Assembly (NCBI GenBank): GCA_051294375.1
Contig: CM119268.1
Span: 23,225,070-23,289,069 of the forward strand
DNA length: 64,000 bases
Origin: Paraspadella gotoi
Lineage: Eukaryota; Animalia; Chaetognatha
Direction: 5' to 3'
A model generated the notes under the pieces. It was given only the letters and a program-made list of their open reading frames with translations, had not been told where the DNA came from and made no database searches. Position 1 is the stretch's first letter, and every line of letters starts with the position of its first letter. Positions 52,301 through 64,000 of this stretch are shown piece after piece. A program made the position numbers and the translations under genes.

Positions 52301-55300
52301 ATCTCAAGGAGAAAAAGAAGAGATGAAGATGGCGAATGTAATAAACTACCGTCTTGTAGACTCCGCCTTAGATAATCTCTGGAATGAGAGAATAAGTCTT
52401 TTTCAAGCTTTCCTTTAATCTTCTTTTCATTGTGTAGTTAAGTAATTTTATTCTTGCATTTGAAATAATTAATGAAGAATTTAAATTTATAATAATTATG
52501 TATATTTATTTCTTTCTGAACGCGCATAACGTCATATATCTGAATCAGAATATTATAAAAGACCTCTCTTGATGGCTTTGATTCCAATCTAGTTGCCATC
52601 ACAGCGTGCCCATCTTCACCTGATCACGACATCATATGTTGTCAGGAATCAAAACGATGAGCAGCATGATGGTGCTGGTGGAGACGCAGATAGTGATGTG
52701 TGTAAGAGGAGCCCCGCGGAATTGCTCTGGCTGGGCGCTCACTTTGCGGAAGTCCAATGTGGAACCACGGGTGATTCCAATGATAAGACTCAAGGACTGT
52801 TGGAATAAAATTAAAGTGGTGGTGTAGCTTATATAATTATATCGTGAAGACATTGAAGTGAGCTGAAGAGTGCTATCCGCACTTCTTTTGACCCCTTCTA
52901 GCAAGCCATGGAACGGGTTCCTGGGCTTGGAACCAGGCTTGAGAGTTTCTAGGCCCCAAAGCGGTTTATGGCCGTACCACACGCTTCCCAAATGGTAGTT
53001 ACCATGGGGATAAATCCCGAAAATATAATGTTCATGAGCTGATGGTGGTCTCAAATGGAGCCACCGAGTTCATGACTGAATATTTCATTGCTAAGTAGGT
53101 GGGCGTGAACTTTTTTAGAAATGCCGACTACAATTACGAGGTCAATCCTTTTGGTCAGGAATAAGATCAATATTTTTGCGTCGATCTTGAAAGATCATTA
53201 GGTCAAAGTACCATTGGTCAACTTTCCAGTTTATTGCCTCAATGAGGTTACAAGAATAAAAGTTTACTAAAGCGGTGCCAGGTCATACTTGCTCATGCTT
53301 GGTACTCCGAGTGTTGAGATGAGACGAACTAAAAAGGACATGGGCTCTCTCATAGTCGCTATAGTTTGACGCTTAAAGATCTCGCCAAACCTGTCAAAAA
53401 AACAAACAAAAAAAAACAGAAAGGCTTATTTCAAACCATCTAGATGTTTTCTTTTACATATTTGTAAATTGCAATATGTAGCCCAACGTTACCAGGCTTA
53501 AACTCTCAACCTGCCGATTGAACAATAGGTATTTTTTTGCCAACACGACAAACTTGACTTTGTTATCCCGAAAAATTAGCCGATCCTGGCGAATTTGATT
53601 AGATCATCAATGTCCTGAAAAAAGAATCAGTTTCTCAGCGATGCATTTATAGATGTATTCTCTCTTTCTCTCTCTTTGCTCTTCTCTCTCTTTCCATCCC
53701 TCATATTTTCTTCAAAGCATCTGTCTAAATGGTCAAACACATCTGTCTAATGTCAATGCCCCTGTCTAATGTTAACGCACCTAGTCTAATGTCAATTCGC
53801 TCCTGTCTAATTCAACGCCAACCTGTTTAATATCAACGCACCTGTCGTAACGTCATTGCGCATTTGTCTAATGTCAAACCGCACCTGTCTAATTATCAGC
53901 GCATTCTTTGCTTGCTCTCAAAAGCCTCCGTCAATTTTCTGAACTCTTTCGCTTGACACTGATCCTCTTTGCCAGGAATCACGGCAAAGTGAAGATTAAT
54001 GATTCGGCCGGGTTGATATGCCTGAGGGCACGGAAACCCCGCCCGTTAAAGGCAGCCATTGCAGTCGACCGGTTAGAGGCGATTGAAAGGGGCACCTCCC
54101 TTCGGCCATGATGCAAATTCTGTGTTTTGTAGAGATTGAGGACGACTAAAATGTTTTGCAAAATAATTGCTAAAATATTGCTTAAATATTACTCTAAAAA
54201 AAACAGAGGCGTTCATTTAAGCTTAACATAATTCCAAATTAAAAGAAGCACAATAGGTCAAAACCGTTTAAAGAGGCACATATGTTCAAATGAAATTAGG
54301 CCGATGAGTTTCAAAAATAAAAGAAAAGCAAACCTAATTGCACATTTTTGAGTCAAATTCACCACTGATCGAATAGTTCAAAAAGTCTCTGAACTGGGCT
54401 TATGGATATGTGCAGGCGTATCGTTTGCGGTCCCGGTCGCAGCGTAAGTCCTTCAAGACTTGAACGAGGGATCTCGCCATGAAAGAATCCAAACCGGAAG
54501 TTTGGGTTCATCACAAAAAGATGAGCGTCGGTTTGGCTTAGGATTTCAGTGCGCAAGGCCAATCGCTTGGGCCTCACCCACCAGATATGCCTGTGCAGAG
54601 ATGAATCAGCGATAAAATTATGGATGTATACAATGATGATATTAAAAACATGAAAAACTTGAAACTTGAAAAACAAGTTCAGGCGGAAAGACCCAGTATA
54701 ACACGAATCCATATTAAAATTATCCATTCATTTAATAAATAAGCAATCTCTTGCCCCTGAACATTGGACAGGGCTATGGTGTTAAGGCCTCCATCCACTC
54801 TAACAAGGCAATAAATAGCAAAACTCCTGTAAGCTTTCAAAATCAAGACTTCTTTACACAGTCTTCGCGTTATTCACTCCCAGTGTACCCGGCTTGGGTT
54901 TACCAATGGTAGCGTGTAATATTTTCAATTGTATAAAAAAGGACCAAGCATTAGATTGCGGGAATAGCATTACTCCACACTTAGCATCGAAATACAGGCT
55001 GAATTTTATGAAATTGGTGCAACCAATATTATTTTTACCTTGCAAAGACAGATGGTATGAAGTCTGAGAATTTAATTGATAATTAATGTACTTTTGGCTG
55101 CCCAAAAAATTGGGACAAATTTGAAAAGGCCACTCATTCCTATTTGATTTCGCATCACCCTTTGGCACAAAGCAAGCGTCCCTTTTCGGTATTCCAATTA
55201 TTCAATCACCTCGCCGCCTCGATTCCAAACTCCTTACTTGTAAGTTCCAGGTTTTCCAATCTTCACATTTTCACACTTTTTGAGTCCCATCTGTTCGCAT

Positions 55301-56575
55301 TCACGCTCTCCACTTCTCTTCTTTCCTTCTCACTCCTCTTTTCCTTCTCATTCTCAGCCATGAGCGGAAGAGAAGATGCTCGCTTGACTTTGAGTCCGCC
55401 CATGAATGATATCGTCTTGTTGCACGAAGACGGAAATTGTTGCACATGTCATTTTGGTCCGATGGAGGAGGAGAGAGGTTTAAAGGAGGGAGAGAACCTT
55501 TTTTTACTTGGGACAAGGATTAAAGACGTAATAGACGTTCTTTTGTGCCAAATGTTAGGTGACATTCATTCCCATACACACACTTCATTAGTCTTTATTA
55601 CATTCATTTATACATTCAATCATATGATTCATTCATAATTTTATTATGATTCAATCATTCAATTAATTAATTATTAATTAATTAAATTAATTGGCACTGT
55701 TTTTCAAAGGCGCCCTTTTTCTATTTCCTAATCCTTGAACTTTAATTTTACTCTAAGTCTCTAATTTTATTTTCTAATCCTAAATCCTAATCGTCAACAA
55801 AAACTTAAATCATATCCTTAACTCTAAATCCCTATTCCTTTAATCTACCCTAATCCCTATCCTTAATTCTACCCTAATCCTATCCTTTAATCTACCCTAA
55901 TCTTTGAACCAAAAAAACTTAAATTTATTCCTAGATTTAAGCTGAAAAGGGGCGCTTTTGGCAAAAAAACGTCGCTTTTTTTTGGTTTTATCTAGATGGG
56001 GTCATTTCATTGACCGTTTTTTTTTGATAAAAGAATGTCAGAATCAAAATGAGGCCAGTACCATTTGTACCATTTGGGTTTAGGCTGATACTTCAGCGAT
56101 GGGAACGAGACAAGAAAAGCAAACAATGTGCAATTAGAAAACAACGAGGTGAAACCCAAAAAAAAAACAAAAAGAACCGAAAGTGTTTCTTTTTTTTTGG
56201 GGGGGGGGGTGGGTTTAGAAAGGAAAAAGGAAAAGAAAAAAAAGAAGAAAATAACCGTTTTTTTGATCCACTTAGCAAAAGAGAGGGTTGTATTATTGTA
56301 TTTTCTTATCTCAATTAACATGTTTTTATAACGCACTTAAATTCTAATTAAAAAAAAATATATCACGTACACTAATTTTATTTGTATTCAATTTGTTGTT
56401 TAAAATTATTCATTTATTTTATTTGTCATATTTTTAATTTCATTTTTAAACACCCTATTTACTTTTTTCTCCATTTTGCAGAATTTCGACACCTTAACTT
56501 TCGAGATCCCGCCAGTATTTTCCATTCGTTGTCTTTTCAATCCCCTTGAGGGAAAATAATCTCATATCTGAGCCA

Positions 56576-56612
<37 letters not shown>

Positions 56613-56699
56613 CTCTCTCAATACATACAACTATACATATATAATATATACATTCTCTTTCTTTCTTTCTTTTCTTTCTTTCTTCTCTCTTTCTCTCTT

Positions 56700-56732
<33 letters not shown>

Positions 56733-56783
56733 CTCTTTCTTTCTCTCTCTTTCTCTTTCTTACTCTTTCCTTTTTCTTACTTA

Positions 56784-56814
<31 letters not shown>

Positions 56815-57361
56815 GATGACTTTTCTCATTTTCGGTTCGATTGTCCGTCTGTCTGTCCGCCTGCATACAATTTGTCGGCGACTAACCTTAAAACTAGACA
56901 TTAGTTGAAAAAAAGAAAAGCAGAGAGAGATCGAGCGGACCGAGCGGAAATAAGAAATGAAAAGCAAAGTTTAAAAAGGAACATAAATAGTTTTTCTTGT
57001 AGTCTTTTAGACCTTTCTTGTTCTTAACTTTAATGAAAATTTTGTGATTTGAAAACTTCAGGTGTCGTTGACCAACAGAATGTTAAAATTTAAAATTACA
57101 AAAACACAAACTAATAATTAAAAAGAATAAAAATATTAGCCGGAGAAAAAATATCACAAATTAAAATATGAGAAATTTAGAAGCAGGGGAACAAGAAAAC
57201 ACGATTACGATTAAAGCCGTTAGCCTTACCGGCCAACAATATATATCTACAACGAACAATTGAAAGGAATAATTAATAAATATTGTAAATGCGTCACATT
57301 AAAAATGAATTTACTTCCTAAAAACGTCTCCCTCCCTCTCTCTCTCTCTCCTCTCTCTCTC

Positions 57362-57415
<54 letters not shown>

Positions 57416-57563
57416 TCATTTAACTGGCATTTCTGTGTATCTTCATGCTCCAGCAACCCCACCTTTTTATACGTTTACAGCATTTACGGATTATCTCTAT
57501 TCTATTTTCGTTATTATTCCATTTCGTTCGGAATATTCTCTTCTCTCTCCTCTCTCTCTCTCT

Positions 57564-57611
<48 letters not shown>

Positions 57612-58062
57612 CAGGTTATCTCGAATTCCGCTTTATGGTTTTTGGCTACAATAATAAACCGACAAAAGCAAAGATGCCCATTTTCTTTTCTTTTCCTCCC
57701 TTCCTTCCTCTAACCCCTTAAACTTACTTTTCCTCATTTCCTTTTCCTTTCTCTCCTTTCTTTCATCTACTCTCTTTCTCTCTCTCCTTCTTCCCGTCTC
57801 TTCCTCTCTCCTCTATATTACATTCCTTCCTCTGACTCTTCTCTATTTCCACTTCTTTCTCCCTTCTTATCCTCTCCATCCTCTCTCTCCTCTTTCCTCC
57901 CCACCCCCCTTCTCTCTTCTTTCTCTCAATCTCCTTCTCTTCTTTCTCCTCTTTCTCTCTCTCTCTCTCTTTTTCTCTCTCTTCCCCTTGTCTCTCTCTC
58001 TTCTTTTTCCCTCTTCTCTCCCCCTCCTCCCACCCCTCCCTCTCCTCTCTTCTCTCTCTCTC

Positions 58063-58096
<34 letters not shown>

Positions 58097-58284
58097 GAAT
58101 ATCTGATGGAAACTTTGGATAATTTTCTCTTCTTTATGCAGACAAGAGGAACCAAAACGTTTGTTTCTTCCGAAGAAAAATTCAGAAGAAAGCCAACAAT
58201 TTTTAGTTGCGTTCGGCGAGTATAAGTCAGTTTTCGAGTCGCGTCGTTTCGATCTGATGGAACAATAATAATAATAATAATAAT

Positions 58285-58321
<37 letters not shown>

Positions 58322-60415
58322 ATAACAATATATAACTTGGTCTTGGCTAAGATACTCCCTTTGGTTTGACTCTTTTGTTATTTTTGCGCATAGAACATTG
58401 GAAAATCTCGGGCGGACTGATTTAGCGTTTCCCCTTTCATTTTTAAAGGGGAAACAGAATTTCCGATGCAGTGGATGTCCAACGCTCACATGATGTCACC
58501 ATAAAAAAGTCACTGCGGGAGCAAAAAACTTTTTGGAATTTCCCTTCTTTGCTCTTGTTTGTTTCGTTCTGCGTTTTGTTTGTTAATTTGTTTTTTATTG
58601 TATTCATTTCATTTTCTTCAATAATTCATTCACACATTCATTGATTAATTTGTTTCTTCCATATGTTCATCATTCATTTCATCATTTCATTCATTCGTTC
58701 ATTCGTTCATTCGTTTCATTTATTCACTCATGTTCTACATTTAATATTTTTTACATTTCTTTATTAATATTTTTTATTAATTTTCAATCCACCCTATCCC
58801 TCTCCATTCCTTTCCCACCCCCCAATTACATCCTCTCCCCCTAATTACATCCCCTCCCAACCAATTACAATCCCTTTCCCACCCAATTTAACATCCCTCT
58901 CCAACCCAATTACTTCCCCTCCACCCATTACATCCCTCTCCCCACACCAATTACATCCCTCTCCCACCCAATTACATCCCTCTCCCTCTAAACCCTTTCT
59001 CACCCTGATGTCCATTCAGCATGACCTTCCCTTGTACGATAAGTCCGGCCAGATTTCTAAAGTTAAGGATATTGAGCAGAGTCGTCTTTCCGGCGCCCGA
59101 TGCGCCCATCAGCGCCATGAGACTGCAAGGTGTCACGATCCCATCAACTTTACGAAGAATTTCTTTAGATGGAATTTTCTTCGATCCGCAGCCTAAAAAA
59201 AAAACAGGGTAGCGGGTTTAGTTTACTTTGATTACTGTTTTTTTATGAATTTATTTAGAAAATATTTTTTTGGGGTTAAATTAAAAAAGGCCAATATCTC
59301 TCTCTCTTTCTCTCTTTGTGGTTCTCTTTCTATCTCTCTCTGTCTCGCTGAATACCGCTAAATGCCCGCGTGCAGATCCGGCGTTGTTTGCTCAAACATG
59401 TTTAAGTATAACTCTCTTGCTCTCTCTCTCTCTCTCTTCCTTCTTTCTCTTGCTCTCACTTCTCTCTGCTCTCTCCAGATAGGCAAGTTCGCTTGGGTCG
59501 TGCCTTATTAATGTTATTTTAAATATTTTTACATTTACTGATGGGAAATGATGTCACATTTCAAATCAATCGACCCACGCGTTGAAAAATAATCTACAAA
59601 AAATGGTCATTTTCCACGCCCAATTTTTAACAAATCTGCGTTCGTTAAATTTTCTTTTTGGTTCCACTTAAATTTTTAGCTTTGGCCGAGTGACTTAATT
59701 GGTAATAAAAAATTGATTTTCTTTGATATCTTTTGAACCAAAAATGATAGAACGATGAGACTGGTATAATTATATGCTATAATTATAGGCATATTTTCCA
59801 TATAATTTTTCTCAAATGTTTCAAAAGGTTTTTTTTTAAATCTGGATCGGAATCTTAGTCAAAAGTATAACTTTTGAAATTAAATTAAACACACTTGGCC
59901 GTATTTAAAAAAATAAATAAATATAGATTCTGAAAGAGAAAAGATTGAATTATGTTTCTGATATAAACAAACATTTTTTAAGGTTCAATTGTTTATATAA
60001 TTACTAAGGATAATGAATTATCATTTTGTTAAAAACAAAAAAAATTTTAAAAAATCATGTAGGAACCTTAAAAAACATATGAAAATTTAGGAGTTGAAAC
60101 TTTATTCCGGATGATTTAAATACTACTGATATAGGGCTAAAAGACTGTATTATCAGATTTTTAAATTTTTGTCATCTTCAGGTGCAAATTAAAACCTTTG
60201 CATAATGCCCATTAGCTATATTATTATTTTTTAGTCAAGACCTTTATGGATTTTCTTTGTTCCGGCGGCGTTGAATAGCCCAAATACTGCAGTTGCAGAA
60301 ATCATCCATGGTTTTGTAATAATTACTGCGCTACTGGTGCAAAAATTGCGATGAACCAAAATTATCAGAAACCGCTTCGTTCTTTCGGGTTTTTTTCTAA
60401 GCGCGGAGCGACATA

Positions 60416-60467
<52 letters not shown>

Positions 60468-60610
60468 AACCTTTTGGCTTGCTAGTGACTTGAATGTCCT
60501 TCCAGGACAAAGTGAGTCGATCATCGCCGGCGATTTCGTCTTTGTCGTCGATCCCTGATTCTGACAAAACACCCGAGAGACGATGAGTTCGAAGATTTGA
60601 GGAGACGCGA
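28727..60610 (-). CDS. ABCG: White-like ABCG half-transporter, spliced (>=12 exons, ~710 aa plus an unresolved first exon); exons listed separately
   Basis: Exons join in frame at GT..AG sites. Motifs seen: LTLSWKDI, Walker [11 protein letters not shown]-loop FVQQDD, signature ISGGEAKR, Walker B/D-loop [16 protein letters not shown]-loop [14 protein letters not shown], then a 6-TM domain ending ...[10 protein letters not shown]...LWRKRKG*. NBD-TMD order is that of ABCG; the motifs resemble the white/scarlet type. Confidence 0.93.
29900..34002 (+). mobile_element. Ty3/Gypsy LTR retrotransposon gag-pro-RT-RNaseH-start of integrase, frameshifted, truncated at a gap
   Basis: LTR end ..gccaca then PBS-like tggtgagctcgac (~29952). 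Protease-region [14 protein letters not shown] and [16 protein letters not shown]; [18 protein letters not shown] and FVYLDDII; integrase-region RFQHVNLDL. Confidence 0.9.
34607..34792 (-). CDS. ABCG: ABCG exon ([13 protein letters not shown]...MKAMME)
   Basis: tcgcag/gtgaat splice sites, 186 nt; Y.S.F.Y..E motif. Confidence 0.9.
35454..35672 (-). CDS. ABCG: ABCG TMD exon (…[10 protein letters not shown]…[21 protein letters not shown])
   Basis: Donor gttggg is clear; the acceptor (ctcaag) is chosen for phase 0 and is uncertain. Confidence 0.85.
36103..36247 (-). CDS. ABCG: ABCG TMD exon ([16 protein letters not shown]...IIYWMVF)
   Basis: ttccag/gtaaag splice sites; matches the ABCG RE...G.Y...Y and I.YWM motifs. 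Confidence 0.9.
36486..36651 (-). CDS. ABCG: ABCG TMD exon ([11 protein letters not shown]...[11 protein letters not shown]...DVVIR)
   Basis: ccacag/gtgaag splice sites, 166 nt, phases consistent. Confidence 0.9.
36700..36985 (-). mobile_element. tRNA-derived SINE-like element; other copies at 322-592(-), 13084-13220(+), 13225-13465(-), 22131-22356(-)
   Basis: Shared core caagcctggttcca; tRNA-like head tggctcattgag...atcagctcatgaccataaggtaccgggatcaatcccc with A-box and B-box resemblance. Confidence 0.6.
37152..37233 (-). CDS. ABCG: ABCG exon ([27 protein letters not shown])
   Basis: gacag/gtgagt splice sites; typical R...REP motif before TM1. Confidence 0.88.
37347..37445 (-). CDS. ABCG: ABCG linker exon ([11 protein letters not shown]...LFNRQ)
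   Basis: tttcag/gtgaga splice sites, 99 nt, phase 0/0. Confidence 0.85.
37545..37718. repeat. 19-bp minisatellite spanning an ABCG exon/intron boundary
   Basis: Unit cacctgtctaatgtcaacg, ~9 copies. Confidence 0.9.
37701..37925 (-). CDS. ABCG: ABCG exon ([11 protein letters not shown]...[17 protein letters not shown]...DIRQ)
   Basis: cacag/gtgcgt splice sites, 225 nt, NPAD motif. Confidence 0.93.
38160..38371 (-). CDS. ABCG: ABCG exon with signature, Walker B and H-loop
   Basis: [36 protein letters not shown]...[15 protein letters not shown]; cacag/gtggtg splice sites. Confidence 0.95.
38480..38680 (-). mobile_element. 3' half of the same SINE family; also 34255-34420, 35385-35435, 63788-63860
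   Basis: Shared ctgggagtgaataa...tggaggccttaaac...aaatgaatggataatttt tail. Confidence 0.55.
38983..39201 (-). CDS. ABCG: ABCG exon with Q-loop ([27 protein letters not shown]...KIGKPGLTK)
   Basis: ctccag acceptor, gtaagg donor, 219 nt; cleanest of three copies. Confidence 0.93.
39391..39666. mobile_element. MITE with (CCCTAA)-like interior; copies in the duplicated blocks
   Basis: Inverted ends caaaagcgcccctttt / aaaaggggcgcttttg. Confidence 0.6.
41264..49954 (-). repeat. Second copy of the ABCG middle exon block, indel-ridden (probable long-read over-fill)
   Basis: Colinear with 34028-41238, frameshifts throughout, flanked by 25-N spacers. Confidence 0.85.
49980..58850 (-). repeat. Third copy of the ABCG middle exon block, indel-ridden (probable long-read fill)
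   Basis: Colinear copy; its first ~390 bp are essentially identical to 41264-41650, including apparent read errors. Confidence 0.85.
58790..58990. repeat. ~21-bp minisatellite next to the Walker A exon donor
   Basis: Unit acccaattacatccctctccc. Confidence 0.85.
59004..59192 (-). CDS. ABCG: ABCG exon with Walker A (EILRKVDG...[17 protein letters not shown]...MLNGHQ)
   Basis: ttttag acceptor, gtgaga donor, 189 nt. Confidence 0.95.
60471..60610 (-). CDS. ABCG: ABCG exon ([13 protein letters not shown]...[15 protein letters not shown])
   Basis: ttctcag acceptor, gttgtt donor, 140 nt; phase fits the next exon. Confidence 0.85.
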
Positions 60611-60988
60611 CTGAGAAGATTTAGTTGGAGTTGAATTGATTTGGTTAGATTTGATTAGATTTGATTTGTTTTATTTCGTTTATTCATTCAGATTTACTCA
60701 ATTCAACTTTAAATTCATTCATTCATTCCAATTAATTTTAATTATTTGATTCATTGATTCATTCATTGATTCATTCATTGATTCAATCATTCATTGATTC
60801 ATTCATTCATTGATTCATTCATTCATTCTTTCATTATATATTTATTCGTTCTTTTAATCATTCTTCCTTCATTCATTCATCTGTTTACTCATAAAATCAT
60901 TCATTCATCCTCCATTCATTCATTAATTCACTTATTAAATAATTAATTAATTACGTAATTAATTAATTATATATCATATATTCTTTAC

Positions 60989-61024
60989 CTGACCGTGGTT
61001 CGATAACCTACGTCCTCCTATCAT
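60989..61024 (-). CDS. Candidate first exon of the ABCG gene (MIGGRRLSNHGQ)
   Basis: ATG plus strong donor cag/gtaaag, but that donor is out of phase with the 60610 exon; an internal donor ag/gttatc would fit. Confidence 0.35.
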
Positions 61025-63345
61025 ATTGAGTTCTTTAATTGTTATTTGCGACTAAAATGAATATTAATTTGTCGCTTCAACTTTTGTTCATGTTTTAACT
61101 ATATTAAGTTTTTAAATTAAAATTCTAGAAATCTTTCTCAGGATCGGAGATAATTAACAAATGGAAATGAAAAATTCTGATTTATTGACGAAAAAAAAAC
61201 AATTAAACAAAAAAAAAATTTCATTGTAATATTAATTTTTTTTACTCATTAGGACTAAGGGGTGAACTAAAGTAATATTTTGCCTGATTAACTAAGCAAA
61301 GTGTTATTGAAAGATAGGCAATTTCTGAATCAAAATAATTTGCTTATATTTATTTTTAAAGATAAATAAAATAATATATTTTCTTTTATTGTTTTAATTT
61401 CATTATCAACTATATTTTCAATTTGTTATTACTATATTTTAAGCCCAAAAATACTTTTCCCAGATGGCATGAAATATGAGTATCAGCATTAAGTGTGCAA
61501 ACTACTTGGCTACTACCAGACCCAGAACCAATAAAATTATTAAAGAAGATTAATTCATTGATAAATAAAAAAATTAACAGATAATAAAAAAAATTAGTAA
61601 TAACAATAAGGATGCATACATTTAAAGAGATTTGAAATGTAAAGTATTCAGTTGAATCCTGATATGATTGACAAGATTAAAACCTCGATCAAAGATGATG
61701 TAAAAATGTACACAAGACTCAAGTCGCCCAAAACTGTTTTGTATCGTATTTAGAAAGTCAAAGCTCATTAGAATTCTTTGCAGAATATGATATGGATTAC
61801 TCAATACCTCCCTAGCTGATTATATTAAAAAATTCGAGCTCGATATAGAAAGTAAATATCCTATGGATATGATTTTCAAATAAAAAAAATCTAAAAAAAA
61901 TCTCCTATTTTAACTCAAAGTAAAAAATGGCATTCTTGAACATACTTAAAAATGAAATAAAAGAAAAATAATTAAAAACAACTATATAATAGACTCCAAC
62001 CCCTGTCACCAAACACCAAATACCAAACACCAAACATATTCTTAGCTATTAGTTTTTCTTTATAAAATTATTTTATCTTTCATTAAAAATATTTGGGCTA
62101 AAACTAATTGAATTTCAATGTTGAGCAAATTAAAGTTTTATATTTGATAAAGATTTTGTTTAAAAATTAATACCATAAAATATCCTATTTTGCTATTTTT
62201 TTAATTTTATATGAAAATTTGCAAAATTACTTGTTTCACTATCTTATATTTTTATATTTTATAAATGTTTTACTATTTAAACAATATTATTTAATTATAT
62301 ATATATTACTTTTTAAAAATATTATATGCTTATTATATCTAATAACTCATTTTGGGAGGGGAGGTCAGTGTTGTCTTCTGGAAATAGAAGGAGCTTCTAT
62401 ACAACACAAGGTTAGACTACAATAGAATACAATAGTAGCGGTAGCCGACCAAATTCAAATTTTAATGGGAACAGCATTAAACTCAATTCATTATTGGTAT
62501 TAATTATTGTGTTAAAATATTTTTTTGCAAAAATGTTCCGAACCATGAGTAATTCGCTAATTATTATATTATATTGCTATATAATGTTAAAATTTTTTTT
62601 TGGTAATTTTAAGTTTTTTTAATTGATTCTGATAGAGCTTAAAAAGTTAAGCAAAAATATAATTACAACTTTTTAAAATTTTGATGTTTTATTACTAAAA
62701 TTAGTAAAAACTGCTAAAATATCGGATAATGATGATGATTTTTCAAGGTTTTTCTTAATTTTAACACCACTTATCATCAAAATATTGAAAAAAGAATTAT
62801 ACTTTGTGTAGATAACTTTTTATAAGCTATTTGAAATCTGCTTTTAAAAATAAAAAAATTCAAAAAAAATTTTTTGACATTTCCTATCTATAAATAAATA
62901 TTAAAAAATTAATTACTAATGCTTCTTGCCATTTTTAGAAAATTTTGCTCCATTGAAAGTTCTCTCAGAAATGATGAAGTTTCACATTTGAAAAAGGTTC
63001 CAAATCAAACTTCTGACCCACCCCATTGACGAGAGTGTTGTCACAATTAGACTACAATATTTAATTATATAATTTGGCTTTAAAATTATTAAAGATAACA
63101 TTTTCCTTTTACATCTTAGCAAATTAGATCATTAAGTTTATCAGGATATCTTAATTTTAAGATACCTTTCCACAATTAAAAATTGCCTACTTTATTCAGT
63201 TAACTATTGAGTAAACCAAAAAATGTGTCTATTACCTATTTAAGAAAAAATCTTTTGCCTAAGTTCACCCTTAATTAGGACTAGTTCCGTTGTATCTTCT
63301 ACTTCTCTCTTGATAATTCTCTCCTTCCCTTCTTCTCCTTCCTCC

Positions 63346-63594
63346 TCACGCCTTCCTCTTCCTATGCATCTTCACGCTCAAGATACAGATGGCGAGCAGG
63401 TGCAGGCCCAAAGTAATGGCAGCCACGGCGAGAAAGTTCCTCGTCACGTGACTTGGCTGAAAGTCGAAGCTGCGGAGAACGTCTTTGCCCCGGACGAAGT
63501 TGCTGCAGGAGTGAGAGTTGCTGGGGTGAGAGATGCTGTAGCAGTTGACGTCGAGGCTGGAGCGGATGCTGTCCATTATCGAGTGGATCTCTGC
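63346..63594 (-). CDS. ABCG: Terminal exon of a second, tandem white-like ABCG paralogue (rest beyond window end)
   Basis: ctctag acceptor; AEIHSIMDS...CSNFVRGKDVLRSFDFQPSHVTRNF...RKRKA* aligns without gaps to the 28727-28975 exon; both are 249 nt. Confidence 0.9.
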   Translation of the reverse strand, partial: AEIHSIMDSIRSSLDVNCYSISHPSNSHSCSNFVRGKDVLRSFDFQPSHVTRNFLAVAAITLGLHLLAICILSVKMHRKRKA

Positions 63595-64000
63595 CTAGAG
63601 AATGAATTGCAGCGTAATTGCCTGTGCTTTAATTTCAGATGAGATTGATTTTTTTTACTTATTACATTTACATATTGTAGCGGTTGAGGTTTTGTCTTTT
63701 GATAAAATTTTCATAGAAATATTATTATAGTATTTTAGGGATAATTATAATTCAAATCTTATTTAGCTATGAAAATAGTATAACTAATATAAAATTCATC
63801 CATTCATTTAATAAATAGGCTATCTTGCTCTTGACTTTGGACAGGTTTTGGCCTCCATCCCGTGTGGGAGGAATTCCATGTGGAAAGAATCCCTCTTTTC
63901 CGCTGACCCTGCTTTTGACATCACGGCCTCTAATCTTTTTTAGTCAGATCTGCTTATAAGCAGATCCCGACTCAATAATTCACTTGTCGGTCCGTCGGTC

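Overview
AT-rich, microsatellite-rich eukaryotic (metazoan-like) genomic DNA from a draft, gap-filled assembly; it is not prokaryotic. Genes: (1) a minus-strand white-like ABCG half-transporter, at least 12 exons from ~60.6 kb to 28.7 kb, with all NBD motifs intact, plus the last exon of a tandem paralogue at 63.3-63.6 kb; (2) a plus-strand 3-exon XK-related (Xkr) gene of ~830 aa with a long hydrophobic C-terminal extension; (3) a small plus-strand 5-exon four-TM membrane protein gene reconstructed by eye; (4) a weaker minus-strand low-complexity gene near 1.6-2.7 kb. The ABCG middle exons appear three times (34-59 kb). The 25-N spacers and indel noise suggest this is mostly long-read gap over-filling, possibly with a second haplotype. 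Mobile DNA: two Helentron-type non-autonomous (HINE-like) families, a tRNA-derived SINE rebuilt from scattered fragments, a Gypsy gag-pol, an LTR+PBS relic carrying a nested hAT MITE with an 8-bp TSD, an RTE LINE tail, TTAGGG-containing MITEs, and inverted pairs of Penelope-type minimal hammerhead ribozymes. All calls come from reading the sequence by eye; no database search was run.
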